DNA of 64,000 nt from Psammoneis japonica (lineage: Eukaryota). The stretch lies in assembly GCA_008632985.1 (NCBI GenBank), contig QPGO01000076.1, positions 248,001 to 312,000 on the forward strand, written 5' to 3'. A program made the position numbers and the translations under genes. The notes under the pieces are model-generated. The model had not been told where the DNA came from. It made no database searches and saw only the letters and a list, made by a program, of their open reading frames with translations. Positions 48,113 to 59,929 of this stretch are shown here, in pieces (positions within the stretch are counted from its first letter, which is position 1; each line of letters opens with the position of its first letter).

Positions 48113-51100
48113 CTAAGGATTGGGCCGATTCCATTTGCACCACAGAAGCATGGAAAGGAAGAGGGTAATTCCTATGCCCGAGAAGATGGAATAAAGGTAA
48201 ATAATAAAGCTGAGATAGGGCTGAGGGTGGTCCCAGTTCAATCCGACAATGAGTGCCGTAATGGTCAAGTAGATTGACATTGGCACCACGCGCCAAAGCC
48301 AACGCGCAATCCAGTCTCTGGAGGTGTCCCTTTCGGCGTCATGGCCTTTGGCTCCCCAGGAAGTATCGTGGTAGTTTGCCAGGGGACGGATCGCCACCGA
48401 TACACAGAAGGGGATGCAGCAAATGATAAAGGCGGGCAGACACAGAAGAGCCTTCCAAAACTTCCGGGGAAACATTATGAGGGGATAGATAAGGGCAAGG
48501 AATGGAAGAGTACCAATCACAACCCACACAAGCCAGTCTGGGTCGTATAAGTCCTCCGCTGTTGACGTAGGGGCGCTCAGCCACAAGAAGGTCACGCCCA
48601 CTTGGGTCAGGCAATGTGCGGTGAAGACGGTGTAATACAGAGGCTTTTGCTTTTCTGGATCTCTGCAGAAAATTGCAAGCAGCACGTAGCCAGCAAGTAT
48701 GGCAAAATGGATCCATTTCCAGGATTTGGCTAGTCCAAGAGTCCAAGGTGAAGGCGGCAAAATCGTCTCATCCGAGTCACTAGCACCAATGACACGCTCT
48801 GCCAAAACGCAATGGACCAGAATGAATGTCCCGTAGAGCATGACACTGTATACGGTCCAGTAAGTCATCAACCAAACGAGGTGAACGAGTATCGCTAAAC
48901 GTCGTAGGAGAGTCTTGCCATTGGAAGATCTGAAGAAAAGCTGCCTCGAGCGTCGGACCTGCCAAAATAAGACACTCAAACCGCCATTGAACCAACGCTT
49001 GCGCTGCTTGACCAAGGCCGTGTATTCAGTCGGTGCGTCGAAATCGGCAACGATATCGGGGTACCAGCGAACTACGCCGGTACGGGCCATTTCACCACCC
49101 AAGAATGTGTCTTCGGCCATGTACACGTTAGCCCAAAACACGCCTAGCTCGTGGTCCCTGGAGTACGAGTAGATCTCTAGTGGACTGATGTCATTTTCCG
49201 GGCGCCACACCTGTTCCTTGCTGATCGAAGGCTTCTGCGTCGAGATATTGCGCGGAAGCAAACTTTCCTCGGATGAAAGTTCTAAAGTCTGAGAGGTTGA
49301 AACAGAGCTAAGGTCCGTGCCGTGATCTTCCCTCTTACACGCGCGTAACCACTTGTTTCGAGTGAGTAGCTGTTTCCCGCACAATGCTGACCAGCGAAAA
49401 GCTGCGGAAGGCCCCGATGTTGGGTGCAAAATCCCCATGATTGAGTTGAAAACAAAGTTTACCGGTATGTTAAGGTACTCAGTGTACTGCATTTGCTGGA
49501 TAGGATTCCACCACTGGTCCAGCCGAGCCACGATGTTGCTGCAGCATACCACCACGTCTTCATCGCGTGCGAGGCTATGGTATTGGTTGAACAACGCATC
49601 ATTCACCGGGAAAGTGCCAACATCTAAGATGGTTATTTGAAAGGGCTGAATTGCATTGCCAAGACCGTTGAAGAGCCAATCATGGGAGCTCAGCTTGCCG
49701 CCGTTCTTAACCTTGGCTAGAAGGATTACGGCCATCGTTGCTTCGACATCTTGTACGCTACCATGAAAGGTGCCACGGAAGAGATGAACCGTCGGTTCGA
49801 ATTCATCAACTGTCGATTCTGGGATAGGCAACCAAAGACCTATATCTTCAAGCATCTGCCTCGTGCCTTCGTTTACTTTTTCGATTCCATCCAACATGAT
49901 GACGGTCGCAATCTGTTTGTCGTACTTGTCGTTCCTGTCAAAGCGAGGTGATGTCCTGATGATTGATTCCAGTGTGCACTGCAGGAAGTCCGGTTCCTCA
50001 TTGTACATGGCAATACCAAAGAGGACACAGTCCTCCAGACCCATGATGTTGTGGTAGCTGGCGAACTCATACGGCTGGCAATAGACTTTTGTGTAGGTCG
50101 TGTCCGTGACAAGCAGCTTGAGAGTTGGGTCGACCGGACAAAAAATGATTTGGTCCGGAGTACCGATCTTCTGCATTGCGCATGTATCTCCAAGAGTGGA
50201 ATTGGTTTCTTCAGACAGAGCACACGACACTACACTGTCGTGGGAAGGATCATTAGATTCAACGTCAACAAATCCTTTTTGAGGATTCCCCTTTTGCTCC
50301 AATTGACGAGCCATAGCCAACAACGTGGCCAAGAAGGCCTTCTGGCTTTGCTCAGCTTTCTGATGTTTGTGAGACATCATACTTGAAGGAAGCGGCTCCG
50401 CCCAGTTAGGAACACCTGTGTCTACCGGAAGTGGAGTCTCGGCGTCTTGTAGATAGGATACGTTTCCGGGAGGTGATGGGGGGTGCCGACATATTTTTTG
50501 AGCATCTATCCTATGCCGGTGCGACTGTGCACAACTAGGAACCCCTGTGTGTGCTACATGCGGAGTCTCGGAAGCCTGTAGATGGGATACTTTCCCTGGC
50601 GGTGAGGGACGCCGCCGGCTTATTTGCGCATCTGTGTGGTATTGATGCGACTGCACCCAGCTAGGACCGCCTGTGTGCACTGTATTCGCAGTATCGGCAA
50701 TCTGTAGAAAGGAGACGTTCCCTGGTGGTGAGGGGGGGCGGCTTGTCTGCGAAGCTTTCTGAGATTTATTCGAAGTGCGTGACTGCGTCCGGCTATTGGG
50801 AACTCGTATGCAGGAGATGTTCCCCGGTGGGGTCCTTTCACCACGGTCATCGTTCTGGGCTTGATGCTGGAGGAGCATCTCTGAAGGGCGCAATTGCGCG
50901 GGGCTGGGAACGTCGGTGTTTAGTGAATGCGCCACTTTTTGTCGATGGGAGACGTCCCAGGAAGATGAGCTAAAACTGAGCAATGAGTTTCTGCTGAGAG
51001 AGAACTCTGACCTCCAAGAGTCATGCGATAGAGCGTCCGCAAGGCGGCCGATCATGCTCCTGTAGAAGCTTGAAGAACTTGCGCCATCTTGTTCTGTGTC

Positions 51101-51724
51101 TCCGGCGCCCACATCGGGGGTCGTGCTTGCTGCTCGATGGGAGAAGCGCCGCGATGCACCAACGCTGAGCAATGATCGACTGCTGATTAAACCCCGTGGC
51201 TTCCCCGAGTCTTGTGACAGAAAGTTCAAAAGCCACATGGCTGTGTTTTCACGGAAACTTGATTTTGTACCTTCTCGTTCTGTTGGCCATTGGATTTGCT
51301 CCAAAGAGGCCGACACTGCACCGGTCGTAAACTGTTTGGAAGGTAGTGACGCGCCACGTCTTTCTTCTGATTTCTTGCTGGGCTTGCAATCAACGACTTT
51401 CGGCTGGAACTTTGATCTGCTTGACTCCTGGTTTGTGTCGCATGTTACATGATGATCGTTGCTAATGCTGATGGCACCATTCGAGGGTAAATCAGCGTCC
51501 ATAACTTCAGAGACAAACGTCGAGGATGTCGACGAGCCTTGAGGAGAATCTGTTTTAAGGCGCTCTTTCGTCGCAGTGCTTTCTTCCGCTTCACTCCCAT
51601 CCACAAGATCATAGTCTCCTATAAAGAATCTCTTGAAGACTTTGCCTCCCATGAATGGATGACACTGGTGCAGCCTGATGATACCTGCACCCCCTGACGA
51701 GGAAACTTCTTGCTGGCAGTTCAT
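48113..51724 (-). CDS. CHS: Chitin synthase (GT2, Chitin_synth_1-like), 1203 aa, long disordered N-terminus, C-terminal TM helices
   Basis: AMYNE, KVKNGGKLSSHDW, LDVGT, QYTEY, MAEDTFL, QRKRWFNG, HDTSWGAKG. Uninterrupted ORF with normal Tyr usage. Confidence 0.88.
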   Translation of the reverse strand: MNCQQEVSSSGGAGIIRLHQCHPFMGGKVFKRFFIGDYDLVDGSEAEESTATKERLKTDSPQGSSTSSTFVSEVMDADLPSNGAISISNDHHVTCDTNQESSRSKFQPKVVDCKPSKKSEERRGASLPSKQFTTGAVSASLEQIQWPTEREGTKSSFRENTAMWLLNFLSQDSGKPRGLISSRSLLSVGASRRFSHRAASTTPDVGAGDTEQDGASSSSFYRSMIGRLADALSHDSWRSEFSLSRNSLLSFSSSSWDVSHRQKVAHSLNTDVPSPAQLRPSEMLLQHQAQNDDRGERTPPGNISCIRVPNSRTQSRTSNKSQKASQTSRPPSPPGNVSFLQIADTANTVHTGGPSWVQSHQYHTDAQISRRRPSPPGKVSHLQASETPHVAHTGVPSCAQSHRHRIDAQKICRHPPSPPGNVSYLQDAETPLPVDTGVPNWAEPLPSSMMSHKHQKAEQSQKAFLATLLAMARQLEQKGNPQKGFVDVESNDPSHDSVVSCALSEETNSTLGDTCAMQKIGTPDQIIFCPVDPTLKLLVTDTTYTKVYCQPYEFASYHNIMGLEDCVLFGIAMYNEEPDFLQCTLESIIRTSPRFDRNDKYDKQIATVIMLDGIEKVNEGTRQMLEDIGLWLPIPESTVDEFEPTVHLFRGTFHGSVQDVEATMAVILLAKVKNGGKLSSHDWLFNGLGNAIQPFQITILDVGTFPVNDALFNQYHSLARDEDVVVCCSNIVARLDQWWNPIQQMQYTEYLNIPVNFVFNSIMGILHPTSGPSAAFRWSALCGKQLLTRNKWLRACKREDHGTDLSSVSTSQTLELSSEESLLPRNISTQKPSISKEQVWRPENDISPLEIYSYSRDHELGVFWANVYMAEDTFLGGEMARTGVVRWYPDIVADFDAPTEYTALVKQRKRWFNGGLSVLFWQVRRSRQLFFRSSNGKTLLRRLAILVHLVWLMTYWTVYSVMLYGTFILVHCVLAERVIGASDSDETILPPSPWTLGLAKSWKWIHFAILAGYVLLAIFCRDPEKQKPLYYTVFTAHCLTQVGVTFLWLSAPTSTAEDLYDPDWLVWVVIGTLPFLALIYPLIMFPRKFWKALLCLPAFIICCIPFCVSVAIRPLANYHDTSWGAKGHDAERDTSRDWIARWLWRVVPMSIYLTITALIVGLNWDHPQPYLSFIIYLYSIFSGIGITLFLSMLLWCKWNRPNP
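50400..50835 (-). repeat. Intragenic tandem peptide repeat (about 42-43 aa, 3-4 copies) in the chitin synthase N-terminus
   Basis: SPPGNVSFLQIADT..VHTGGPSWVQSH / SPPGKVSHLQASET..AHTGVPSCAQSH / SPPGNVSYLQDAET..VDTGVPNW. Confidence 0.85.
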
Positions 51725-53617
51725 GTGACTGAAGCCACGATTCGATGCTCAGACCAAAATGAAGAGATGTAGCGTTTTCCTTATTCAAACTTTTTGCCAG
51801 CTGCGGTCTGTCAAGAATCACTTTAGTAAACACAGGAACGACTGAAGGGCACGTTGTTTCAACTCGATGTCAAGCGAGGGAGGGGAGATCGAGAACGCGA
51901 TGGTGCGTGATATGATTTTTTGTGAGGGCGGTGTTGCTTTGGCCCATGAGAGGATCAGACAAATTAGTGACCCACCAAAGTCATTCATAAATGACCTGGT
52001 CATTTTGATTTAACAGAGGAACCCTTGCTAGAGAAAGATCATTAAATGCTGTTTCCGTTCATCAGGCATCGCAGACATTTTGTTGCCGTCGGTCGTCCTG
52101 AATTTCGTGACCCGAACACAATTCGCCCACATCTCTCGCTGCACCACCAAAGAATTGCTGCAGCTTAATTTCTGCACGGGAATTCTAGCATGGATCTGAC
52201 AATCGAAGTAGTTGTCAAACAAGTTGAGCATGGCTTGGACAGTTGCCATGCAAATTTGTGTCATTGTTTTGGAGCAGCATCAGCAGACAAGGAGCAAGGC
52301 TGCTTCTCCTCAAAGTTTTTCACGTTTGCTGTTGTGCTGGATGTGCCAACGGCACTGCCTTCAACAGGCAGATGCATTCTCGTGTCATCCGTTGATTGAT
52401 TCTTTCCAATCATGTGCTGCGCAGCTCATGGTGGGGGCTGCCCTGCCCTGTTTTGACAAAAGTTGTGTTGGCAGCAAAGGCTCCAACAACAAGAAGCCAC
52501 CCGCACTCTTTGCACTTTGAAGGCTGCCACTGAGCTGGGAGGGGGGGTGTCAGAGGATCTTGCCAAGCAAAAAAAACAGAGGTGCAGCAAAGAAGGTGCA
52601 GTGGGAGACTTGGGGCACAAACCCAAACCCAGCATTGTGGCGCAGCTCACCAGGTGAGCAGGGCTGTCTCAAAAACAAAGAGCGACCAAGTTGACAGACA
52701 GCTCTGCTGCAAAGATCTTTTCAAGATCAGCATCTTTGCAAGTGTGTGGGAGAAACTCTGCCAAGCTCTTCTGTGGCTTTTTGCTTCAAACAACAGCCAT
52801 GCCACGGATCTCTTTGAGCTTGTTTTGCAAGAGCACACCACTTGCTTGTCCCAAATGATGGGCAACTCCGCGGTGCTTTCTCTGTTTGCCAATCATGGCT
52901 TCATTGCACAGCAAGCTGGCCATGAGCAAGCTGGGCAAGCCTTGCTCTGGTGACATTCTTCCACAATCCTCCAGAGCATCCACTTGCCACCTTGAGCCAG
53001 GGTCGTGCCCTGCTGGTGCATCGCCACATGGCGGCATCTCTTCTGTGCCCAAAGGAGTGTGCAGCAGTCAGCCACCCAACCAGGCATCCAAAAAGTCTTC
53101 CAAGGACAGTGCCTTTCCTTGCACAAATCATGAGAGGTGGCCATTGTGCACTCCAAGAAGCAAAGGTGGCAAGAGAGCCAAAGAAGTCCATTTGCGTGCA
53201 GGCCTTCACAGTCAGATGTTGTTGCCCAAGTGCAGCTGCGGTGGCGTGGATCAAAGCCATGTCAAGCGCGACGACGGACAACGGTAGACGTCAAACTGAA
53301 AATCTCGCCATGCTCGTTGGGAGACACTCTAGCTAGATAAACATGTGGAGAAGCCCGCATCGTGTATGGTGCAAAGCAAAGCGCCGGCTATCGACTCCAG
53401 TCACAGTGGGGAGCTCACAAAAGAAGGAACAATTTGCATCGACGGATGCGAACACCTTTGTGAGTAGCGCACAGCCTTTTCATAGCGTTTTCAATAAATG
53501 CATCAATATAGGGAATTATAGACAGTATGAAAGATTGGTGAATCGGCCCGCTCTCACTTCTCAGTTCATCCAACAATAAATATGCGAATGCAAAGCTTGC
53601 AGTGGACTTTCTTCCCG

Positions 53618-56146
53618 TTATTGAACCCTTCTTTCTCGGTAGTATCCATGACAGTCGCTTGGATCCTGGCCGACATCAAGATTCAGACGCGGCAGTTCCT
53701 TTTCTTGCGTAACAATATCATGAACAAGGACAGTGTGCCTCTTCATGGTCATAACATCATTGTCGAACACGAGACTTCGGGCATCCATATTTGAGTAGCT
53801 CCAACAGCCGCCCATGATTTCGGTTCCATCGGCGTGTGAAATTGAGAAACGAGGAGCGATTTCGTCCACTGAAACATTGTAGACGAAGAAACCGTCAAAG
53901 GGTTCCTCTTTGTCATATCTTGATCCCCACTGTGTAACAGGAATGATCAGGACCTTGTTAATATCGAGGTAACGAAACGCCTGATGGTCATACTCGGCTG
54001 AGCTCGAAGCATGATCGTCGACGAAGTTCTGCAGTCTACGCGGATTTGCAAGGTCCGCTACATCGAAAAGAGAGATCTGCAGGCCACCACGCCACCCTTC
54101 ATCAGGATCAACATACTGACCAACCCCAAGAATAACCGATCCATCTATTGGGTGGAGGTAACTACTGTAGCCAGGAATCTTTAGCTCGCCAACCATTGAC
54201 GGATTGAATGGATCGCTCATTTCAATCGTGTAGAAAGGATCTACTTGCCGGAACGTTACGACAAAGCCACGAAGATCGATAAACCGGACAGAGTAAATGC
54301 GTTCTGTGACACCGAGGCCGTCTACCAAACCCACTGTAGTCAAGTTGGAGCTACTACCTTCAGTCGGGAGAGACAAGACCGTGACCTGGCTCGATGATGT
54401 GTCACGAGGACGCCAGAAAAGAGGTCCACCTTGCAACGCATTATCCTGCTCCCATTCTGTCTCTTTTGTGGTAGCAACGCGCAAATAGTCGATGCCATCA
54501 ACTTGGTAAACGTCCAATGAGAACTGATTCAAGACATAACCAGGAACGCTTCCAACGGCCACGGCGCTGGTGGTCGCATTAAAGAACTCAAACACAAATA
54601 AAAACGTTTCCTCGTTCCAGACGCTTCGCCTCACTTCATTCCATCCTTGAGATGACATTATGAGAAAGTTCTTGCTGGCATAAATGGTGCTGAGCCGGTT
54701 TGACATAAACAAACTTTTGGTGGATGTCGGAAAGCTAGCCTCGTTAACATCATTCACATCGAAACTTGTTGTAAAGGTCACATGTCCAAGGACCTGGTGG
54801 TCTGCAAACCATAGCTCGTGCATGTCAGTCTCGTTGAAATCCGAGGTCTGCAAAAGAGCAAGTCGGACAATGCCGTCACATGTGGAACTTTCCGTAGCGT
54901 CCAAAATTTCATCTCGCAGCTTGCGAGCAAAGAACTCCAGTTTTTCTTCCACCATAGCTTTGGCCGCATTTCGGAACGCATACTCGGGAAGGTCTCGAGG
55001 ATATAGGGAGAAATCATATCGATCGACAAAGCTCAAGAATGATTTGTAACTGTCAATGTCTCTGGATGTGATGATGTGAATGAACTGGCCAATTGCTCGA
55101 CCATTCAAGTACATCCCTGGGATATCTCTTCTTCCCATGAGTGACAACGGTGATCCATCCGTTGGAATATTTGAAACGTCGTAGACATATACTCTTGTAC
55201 TCTGCGGTGACAAAATGGGGTGCAAATCATCTGCGGGGTCTGAATATCCTGGCTCATAGAAGGAGCACTCTCCTGATGCGATCACGACGAGTTGCTCATC
55301 ATGGAGCAATAGGCCTGCAATATTTGAATAGCAGTGAAACGAGTCGCCTCTAATTGAATTCTCGTCTTCTTCTATTACAGTTCCAATGTTCTCCATTTCT
55401 TCCAAGCTGACAATTGGGATCCTTGTGCGGCTTTTGAGTTCAAGTGTCTTCACCTCCCACACTACAACCTCGTTGCCATATTTAGCAAAGACATGGTTCC
55501 CATCTGACTTGACAGAGTCAGGTTCATCCACGCCCTCGACCTGATTGTTCGAAAGGAAACTATCTTCACCACCGCCAGATTCACCACCGCCAAATGTAGG
55601 TGTCCCTGGTGATGGCATTGCATTTTCCGTTGGCGCACCAGTTTCACATCCCCAGCATCCTCCGCCTAACCCGTAGTGGTACCACCTATCGTGATAGTAC
55701 GCTTGAGCACCGGTTTCGATCGCAAAATTAGCCATGTACTTGAGAGCGAGACGTAAATCGTTCTCAAACTCGCTGCAGTTCTTGTATGGCTCCAAGATCT
55801 CTGGACCAAAACCGTTCAGTTCTACTGCAAAGGAACCGCCGCCGGCCGAATCGCCACCTTCGTCCTTGGTAAGCCCAAAGCCGAGTCCAAACGCCAAACC
55901 CACAGCTGCGACTAGAACGATCAAAACACCAACAACGGACTTGGGTCTCTGCATAATTCTCTGTAGAAACGATTTCGGCTGAAGGGTGTTGTCGAGTTCT
56001 TCGAGATTACTTCTCGCCGATTCCAAGATTTCTTTGTCGTCTTTCGAGATAGTGCTCTGCTTCATTTCCTCTTTAGCAACTCCTACATCGATGGCAACAT
56101 TGCCAGCTTCGGCGTCACTTTCGTTCTCTGTTACTTCCATCATCAT
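53618..56146 (-). CDS. Membrane-anchored beta-propeller domain protein (Beta_propel/PF09826-like), 842 aa, copy 1
   Basis: N-terminal TM helix. NNQVEGVDEPDSVKSDG, VLNQFSLD, LRVATT, ERIYSVRF, VTFRQVDPFY, GELKIPGYSSYLHP. Confidence 0.88.
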   Translation of the reverse strand: MMMEVTENESDAEAGNVAIDVGVAKEEMKQSTISKDDKEILESARSNLEELDNTLQPKSFLQRIMQRPKSVVGVLIVLVAAVGLAFGLGFGLTKDEGGDSAGGGSFAVELNGFGPEILEPYKNCSEFENDLRLALKYMANFAIETGAQAYYHDRWYHYGLGGGCWGCETGAPTENAMPSPGTPTFGGGESGGGEDSFLSNNQVEGVDEPDSVKSDGNHVFAKYGNEVVVWEVKTLELKSRTRIPIVSLEEMENIGTVIEEDENSIRGDSFHCYSNIAGLLLHDEQLVVIASGECSFYEPGYSDPADDLHPILSPQSTRVYVYDVSNIPTDGSPLSLMGRRDIPGMYLNGRAIGQFIHIITSRDIDSYKSFLSFVDRYDFSLYPRDLPEYAFRNAAKAMVEEKLEFFARKLRDEILDATESSTCDGIVRLALLQTSDFNETDMHELWFADHQVLGHVTFTTSFDVNDVNEASFPTSTKSLFMSNRLSTIYASKNFLIMSSQGWNEVRRSVWNEETFLFVFEFFNATTSAVAVGSVPGYVLNQFSLDVYQVDGIDYLRVATTKETEWEQDNALQGGPLFWRPRDTSSSQVTVLSLPTEGSSSNLTTVGLVDGLGVTERIYSVRFIDLRGFVVTFRQVDPFYTIEMSDPFNPSMVGELKIPGYSSYLHPIDGSVILGVGQYVDPDEGWRGGLQISLFDVADLANPRRLQNFVDDHASSSAEYDHQAFRYLDINKVLIIPVTQWGSRYDKEEPFDGFFVYNVSVDEIAPRFSISHADGTEIMGGCWSYSNMDARSLVFDNDVMTMKRHTVLVHDIVTQEKELPRLNLDVGQDPSDCHGYYRERRVQ

Positions 56147-56743
56147 GTAAACGTTGACCTTTTGGAGATTGTACGATTGATTGTACGATTGAATGCGTGT
56201 TCGCAGTTCGCAAACTGCGATGTTTATTCCTCACAGATGTTGTCTTTTCGCGACGATGCAGTCGTGGATGTGTGATTCCCAAATTTCTGCGGTGGGGCAC
56301 CACAGTCGCAGCCAGCAGGGACACAAACTTCATGCCTGAAAGAAAATGCCCTGCTCCTGAATGCAGTTCATGAGATTTCGATCGTCATGGCTGTCCACAA
56401 ATGGCTTTGTAGCAATTGTTGTTTGGGTGTCGGCTGCTCGTTGCACGCGACAGTTCAGTGTGCGCCATGACGTGCGCACGTTCCAGTCACAGCGCCAGCG
56501 ATGCGCCATCTCAGTGACGCAGCCGGTCTCCACAATGCCAAAATAGTCAGAGAGTGAAGCAAGTGGTTTGAAATGCATCCCAAACATTTAACAGCAAAAC
56601 ATGAACTTTTTGAGACACCAGCAGGTGCCCGCTCCTGGTTGTTGGGATGCTCCTCATGGAGCACTGCAACTTGCTGCTGTGTCAGACAGGGATTTGTGCT
56701 CTTGTCGCAGCGCTGCTGTTCTCCAAATGAGAAAGGTCCTGCC

Positions 56744-57003
56744 GGCCTGTTCCAGCTCCAGGTGCTCCGCACGGGTTCGATTCCCATCATTTGGAAATTT
56801 GTGCATTCAGCGCAATTAACTTTTTCCAAATCCGTTTTTTGCCAAATCGAAGGGCAAGCGCACACTTTGCATGCATTTTCGGGTGTGCACTCACCTTTCG
56901 ATTTTCGAAACGATCAAAATTGAAGGAGCCAATTGCGCTGAACTGCGCAGAAAATCGGCCTCTCGTGTGATGAAAAGCAGAGCACCTGGAGCTGGAACAG
57001 GCC
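56744..57003. mobile_element. Putative 260-bp MITE with perfect 24-bp TIRs and 4-bp TSD TGCC
   Basis: GGCCTGTTCCAGCTCCAGGTGCTC at 56744-56767 and its reverse complement at 56980-57003. TGCC at 56740-56743 and 57004-57007. Confidence 0.75.
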
Positions 57004-59929
57004 TGCCTGCAAAATGAGCCAAGCATTGCATCATTGTCTTTGCCAGCAGCGAAGGCAAGTGTGGTTCCAGGAGCACACACTTGGTTGTGGCATGGCAGAA
57101 GATTTCCTTCTCGGGCCTTTTCTGCACGGTTCACCTCTGCACTGCCTCTCCTGCCCTTTCTTGACTTTTGCTTGGCGGCCCCTGCACTTTTGCCAGGGCT
57201 CCATTCTGTCCACAACTGCAAACCTGAGCTCTTCTTGAGGAGAGCTGCTCTTTGCCAACCCTGTGCTCTTGGAAGCTGCCTCTGGAGCCCAACCTGTGGG
57301 AAGGTCCTCCAGCACGTGCTTGGCTCTTCTTGTTTTCTTTGTCGTTGGCAAGACACGAAATGTGCCCTCTGTCAAACACTTTGTGCAAAAGCCACTGCAG
57401 ATGAAAGTCTTTGTTTTGGGTGACTTCAGCTGCAGCATCTGTCACAACAAGAGAGTGTGCTTGCACTGGCGGGGTTTGTCCAACCCACCACAGACAACAA
57501 AAAGCAGTTTTTCAGCTTTGCAGTGGACTTGAGGGGAGTGCGCCACTTGGCACAACTGCTCTCCCAAAGTGCAGCTCTTTGTCTTTGTGCAGAACAACAA
57601 ATGGCAAAGCACTGGACCTTTGAGAGGAGGAGCTTCACCTGCATCTTTCTCTGGCCCAACAACAGCCATGTTGTGATGCCCTCCAAACCCACTGCCAGCA
57701 GGGGCACAAATCAGAGGCATCCAAAGGAGCACAAATGTGAGGAAGCTCAAGCCCAGAAAGGTCCCACAGCAATGGCACCCAGGAGTGCCCAGCAAATTTG
57801 GAAAAGGAAGGTTGGTCTAGAAACTGACCAAGAGGCAGAGGGGGGAGATGACATTTCCAGAGCAGCTCCACCTGCAAAATGTGTTTGTCCCAGAAGTGTC
57901 TGTGCAACAAAGCCAGAAATGTGAAAATGCTGCTTTGCCTTTCATGTGCAGTGAAGTGCACAACACAAGGAGCTGAGTGACCTCCTGCTGCCAGCAGCAC
58001 TTGGGCTGATTTCCAAAGCACCTGCCCTCCAACACCTTTGCCAGAACATGCCAATTGGCAGGTTGACCACAGTCTTGACAGCACTGTTGTTTGCAAGCCA
58101 GCTCCAACATGGCAAAAGCAACATGGCTTTTGTCATCACTTCTTGCCAATGGACACTTTGCAAAGCAAAGCCAGCTGCTCTTTAATCTCTGTCATTGCAT
58201 GGAAAGACAGCAGCAGCAGCACAAGTGGCTGTTTGACACTGGTGCAGCAGGCCAGCAGTTGAGTGCTGGTGTGGGCCAAAAGGAAGTGCTGGACTGGGGG
58301 ACAAGGAGTTTCTGCTTTTGATGCTTGTCAGATGTGGCCCACCCACACAAACCAATGTTGAGAATTGGCCCAGAGCAAAAAGCCTTGAGTCAGGACTGGG
58401 TTGAAAAAGGACTTGCTGAACCCCCTCCCCCAACATTTGTGGCTCATTGAATGCCTTGCCAAACCTTTGTGTTTTTTTTTGCTGTTGGAGATGCTTTTCT
58501 GGGTCCATCTTTTCTTTGTGATCTTTGTTTGTTTTGCCTTGTTGTCAGCCCAAAAGAAAACCACAAACTTGTTTTGTCCTTGTGTCTCTCAAAATGTTGT
58601 CAAGTGCCCATGAGGAAAACATGTTTCACTTCAAAGCAGCCACCCATTTTCCCATGAGAGTGCCCACCCTCTGTCCCTGCAAAACCTTCAAATTAAAAGC
58701 ACTTGCGTTGTGAATTGTTTTTTTGTTGTTTGCATCAATTTCAAATGATGCTGACAGGAGAGACGACACCATGACACCCGAGCCCTGACATGCTCACCAG
58801 ACACAATCTGTGGATGGAAAAATGGAGGTCAGGTGACCACAATGAGACTCACAAATGTGGCCCTGAGGCATGACCCGACACCTTTCAGCAACGCAGGGAT
58901 GCAGGAACCCTGGGCTGTTGTGCTGTGCAATGCTGCCACTCTCACAATGCAGAGAGCTGCTGTGCAACAAGATTCAGAATGGGGCCAAAAAGAAATGAGC
59001 AAGTTAAAAGAGTTGGCACTCACCGCAAAGGAAAAACAAAACCTCCAAGCTCTGGTTGTCTTTGGAACAAGACAACCATTGAGTCACCCTCAAGAATGAT
59101 CCACACAAGTGAGCAGACATGAAACTCACATGATTCATTGCCAAAAAGTGCAGAATGCATTGTGAAAACACAGTGCAGATGGGTCAACACAGCCAACAGA
59201 AACTGCAACATGGACTTGCGGTTGGGTTGTCTGCCACTGCCACCACCAATTCTGGTGCCTGTGAGTTTTTGGCAGCAGCTGCAGCTCTCTTTCTTAAAGC
59301 ATTGTTGCTCCAACCCACCTTGTTTGTTGCCAAAAAGTGTGTGAAGCACATTGTGAGAGTGCAGCATGGATGAACCAACATGGCCAGTGGGAATGGCAAC
59401 ATGGGCTTGCCGGTGCATCTGACGCAAATGACTTCAGAGCAATGTGGGTGCCAGTGCATGGACATTGAGTGCCCAGCTCCACCCCCACAACTAAAAAAAA
59501 AGAGAAATGCTTGAGAAAGCACACGAGGAAGCAAGCGGCACTTGCTGGAACAGCTGCAGGAACAAGCACCACATGCATGTGTGCCACACTTCACAAGAAG
59601 GTGTTGCACAAATGACAAGCCACAATGGCTGAGTTTGCCCCACACCTCCTGTGCTGCAGCGCAAATGCTTCATTGACGACACATTTGGAGTGCAGACTGG
59701 AGACAGCAGAGAGACCTGGGAAGCCTTTAAAAATGAGCTTGACAACTCAGGCAACCTCCAGCAGGTCACGTCCCCACTCTCTCTGTCTCTGCAATCTTTC
59801 TGGATCTGGACATGACAAAAATTGAAGAAGATGGGTGCACTGATCTTTTTGCATGTGCCTTGTTTGAAGACTGTCATTTGTGGTAACTTGTGATGATTCT
59901 GGATGCAAGACTCTGACATGCATGTCTGT

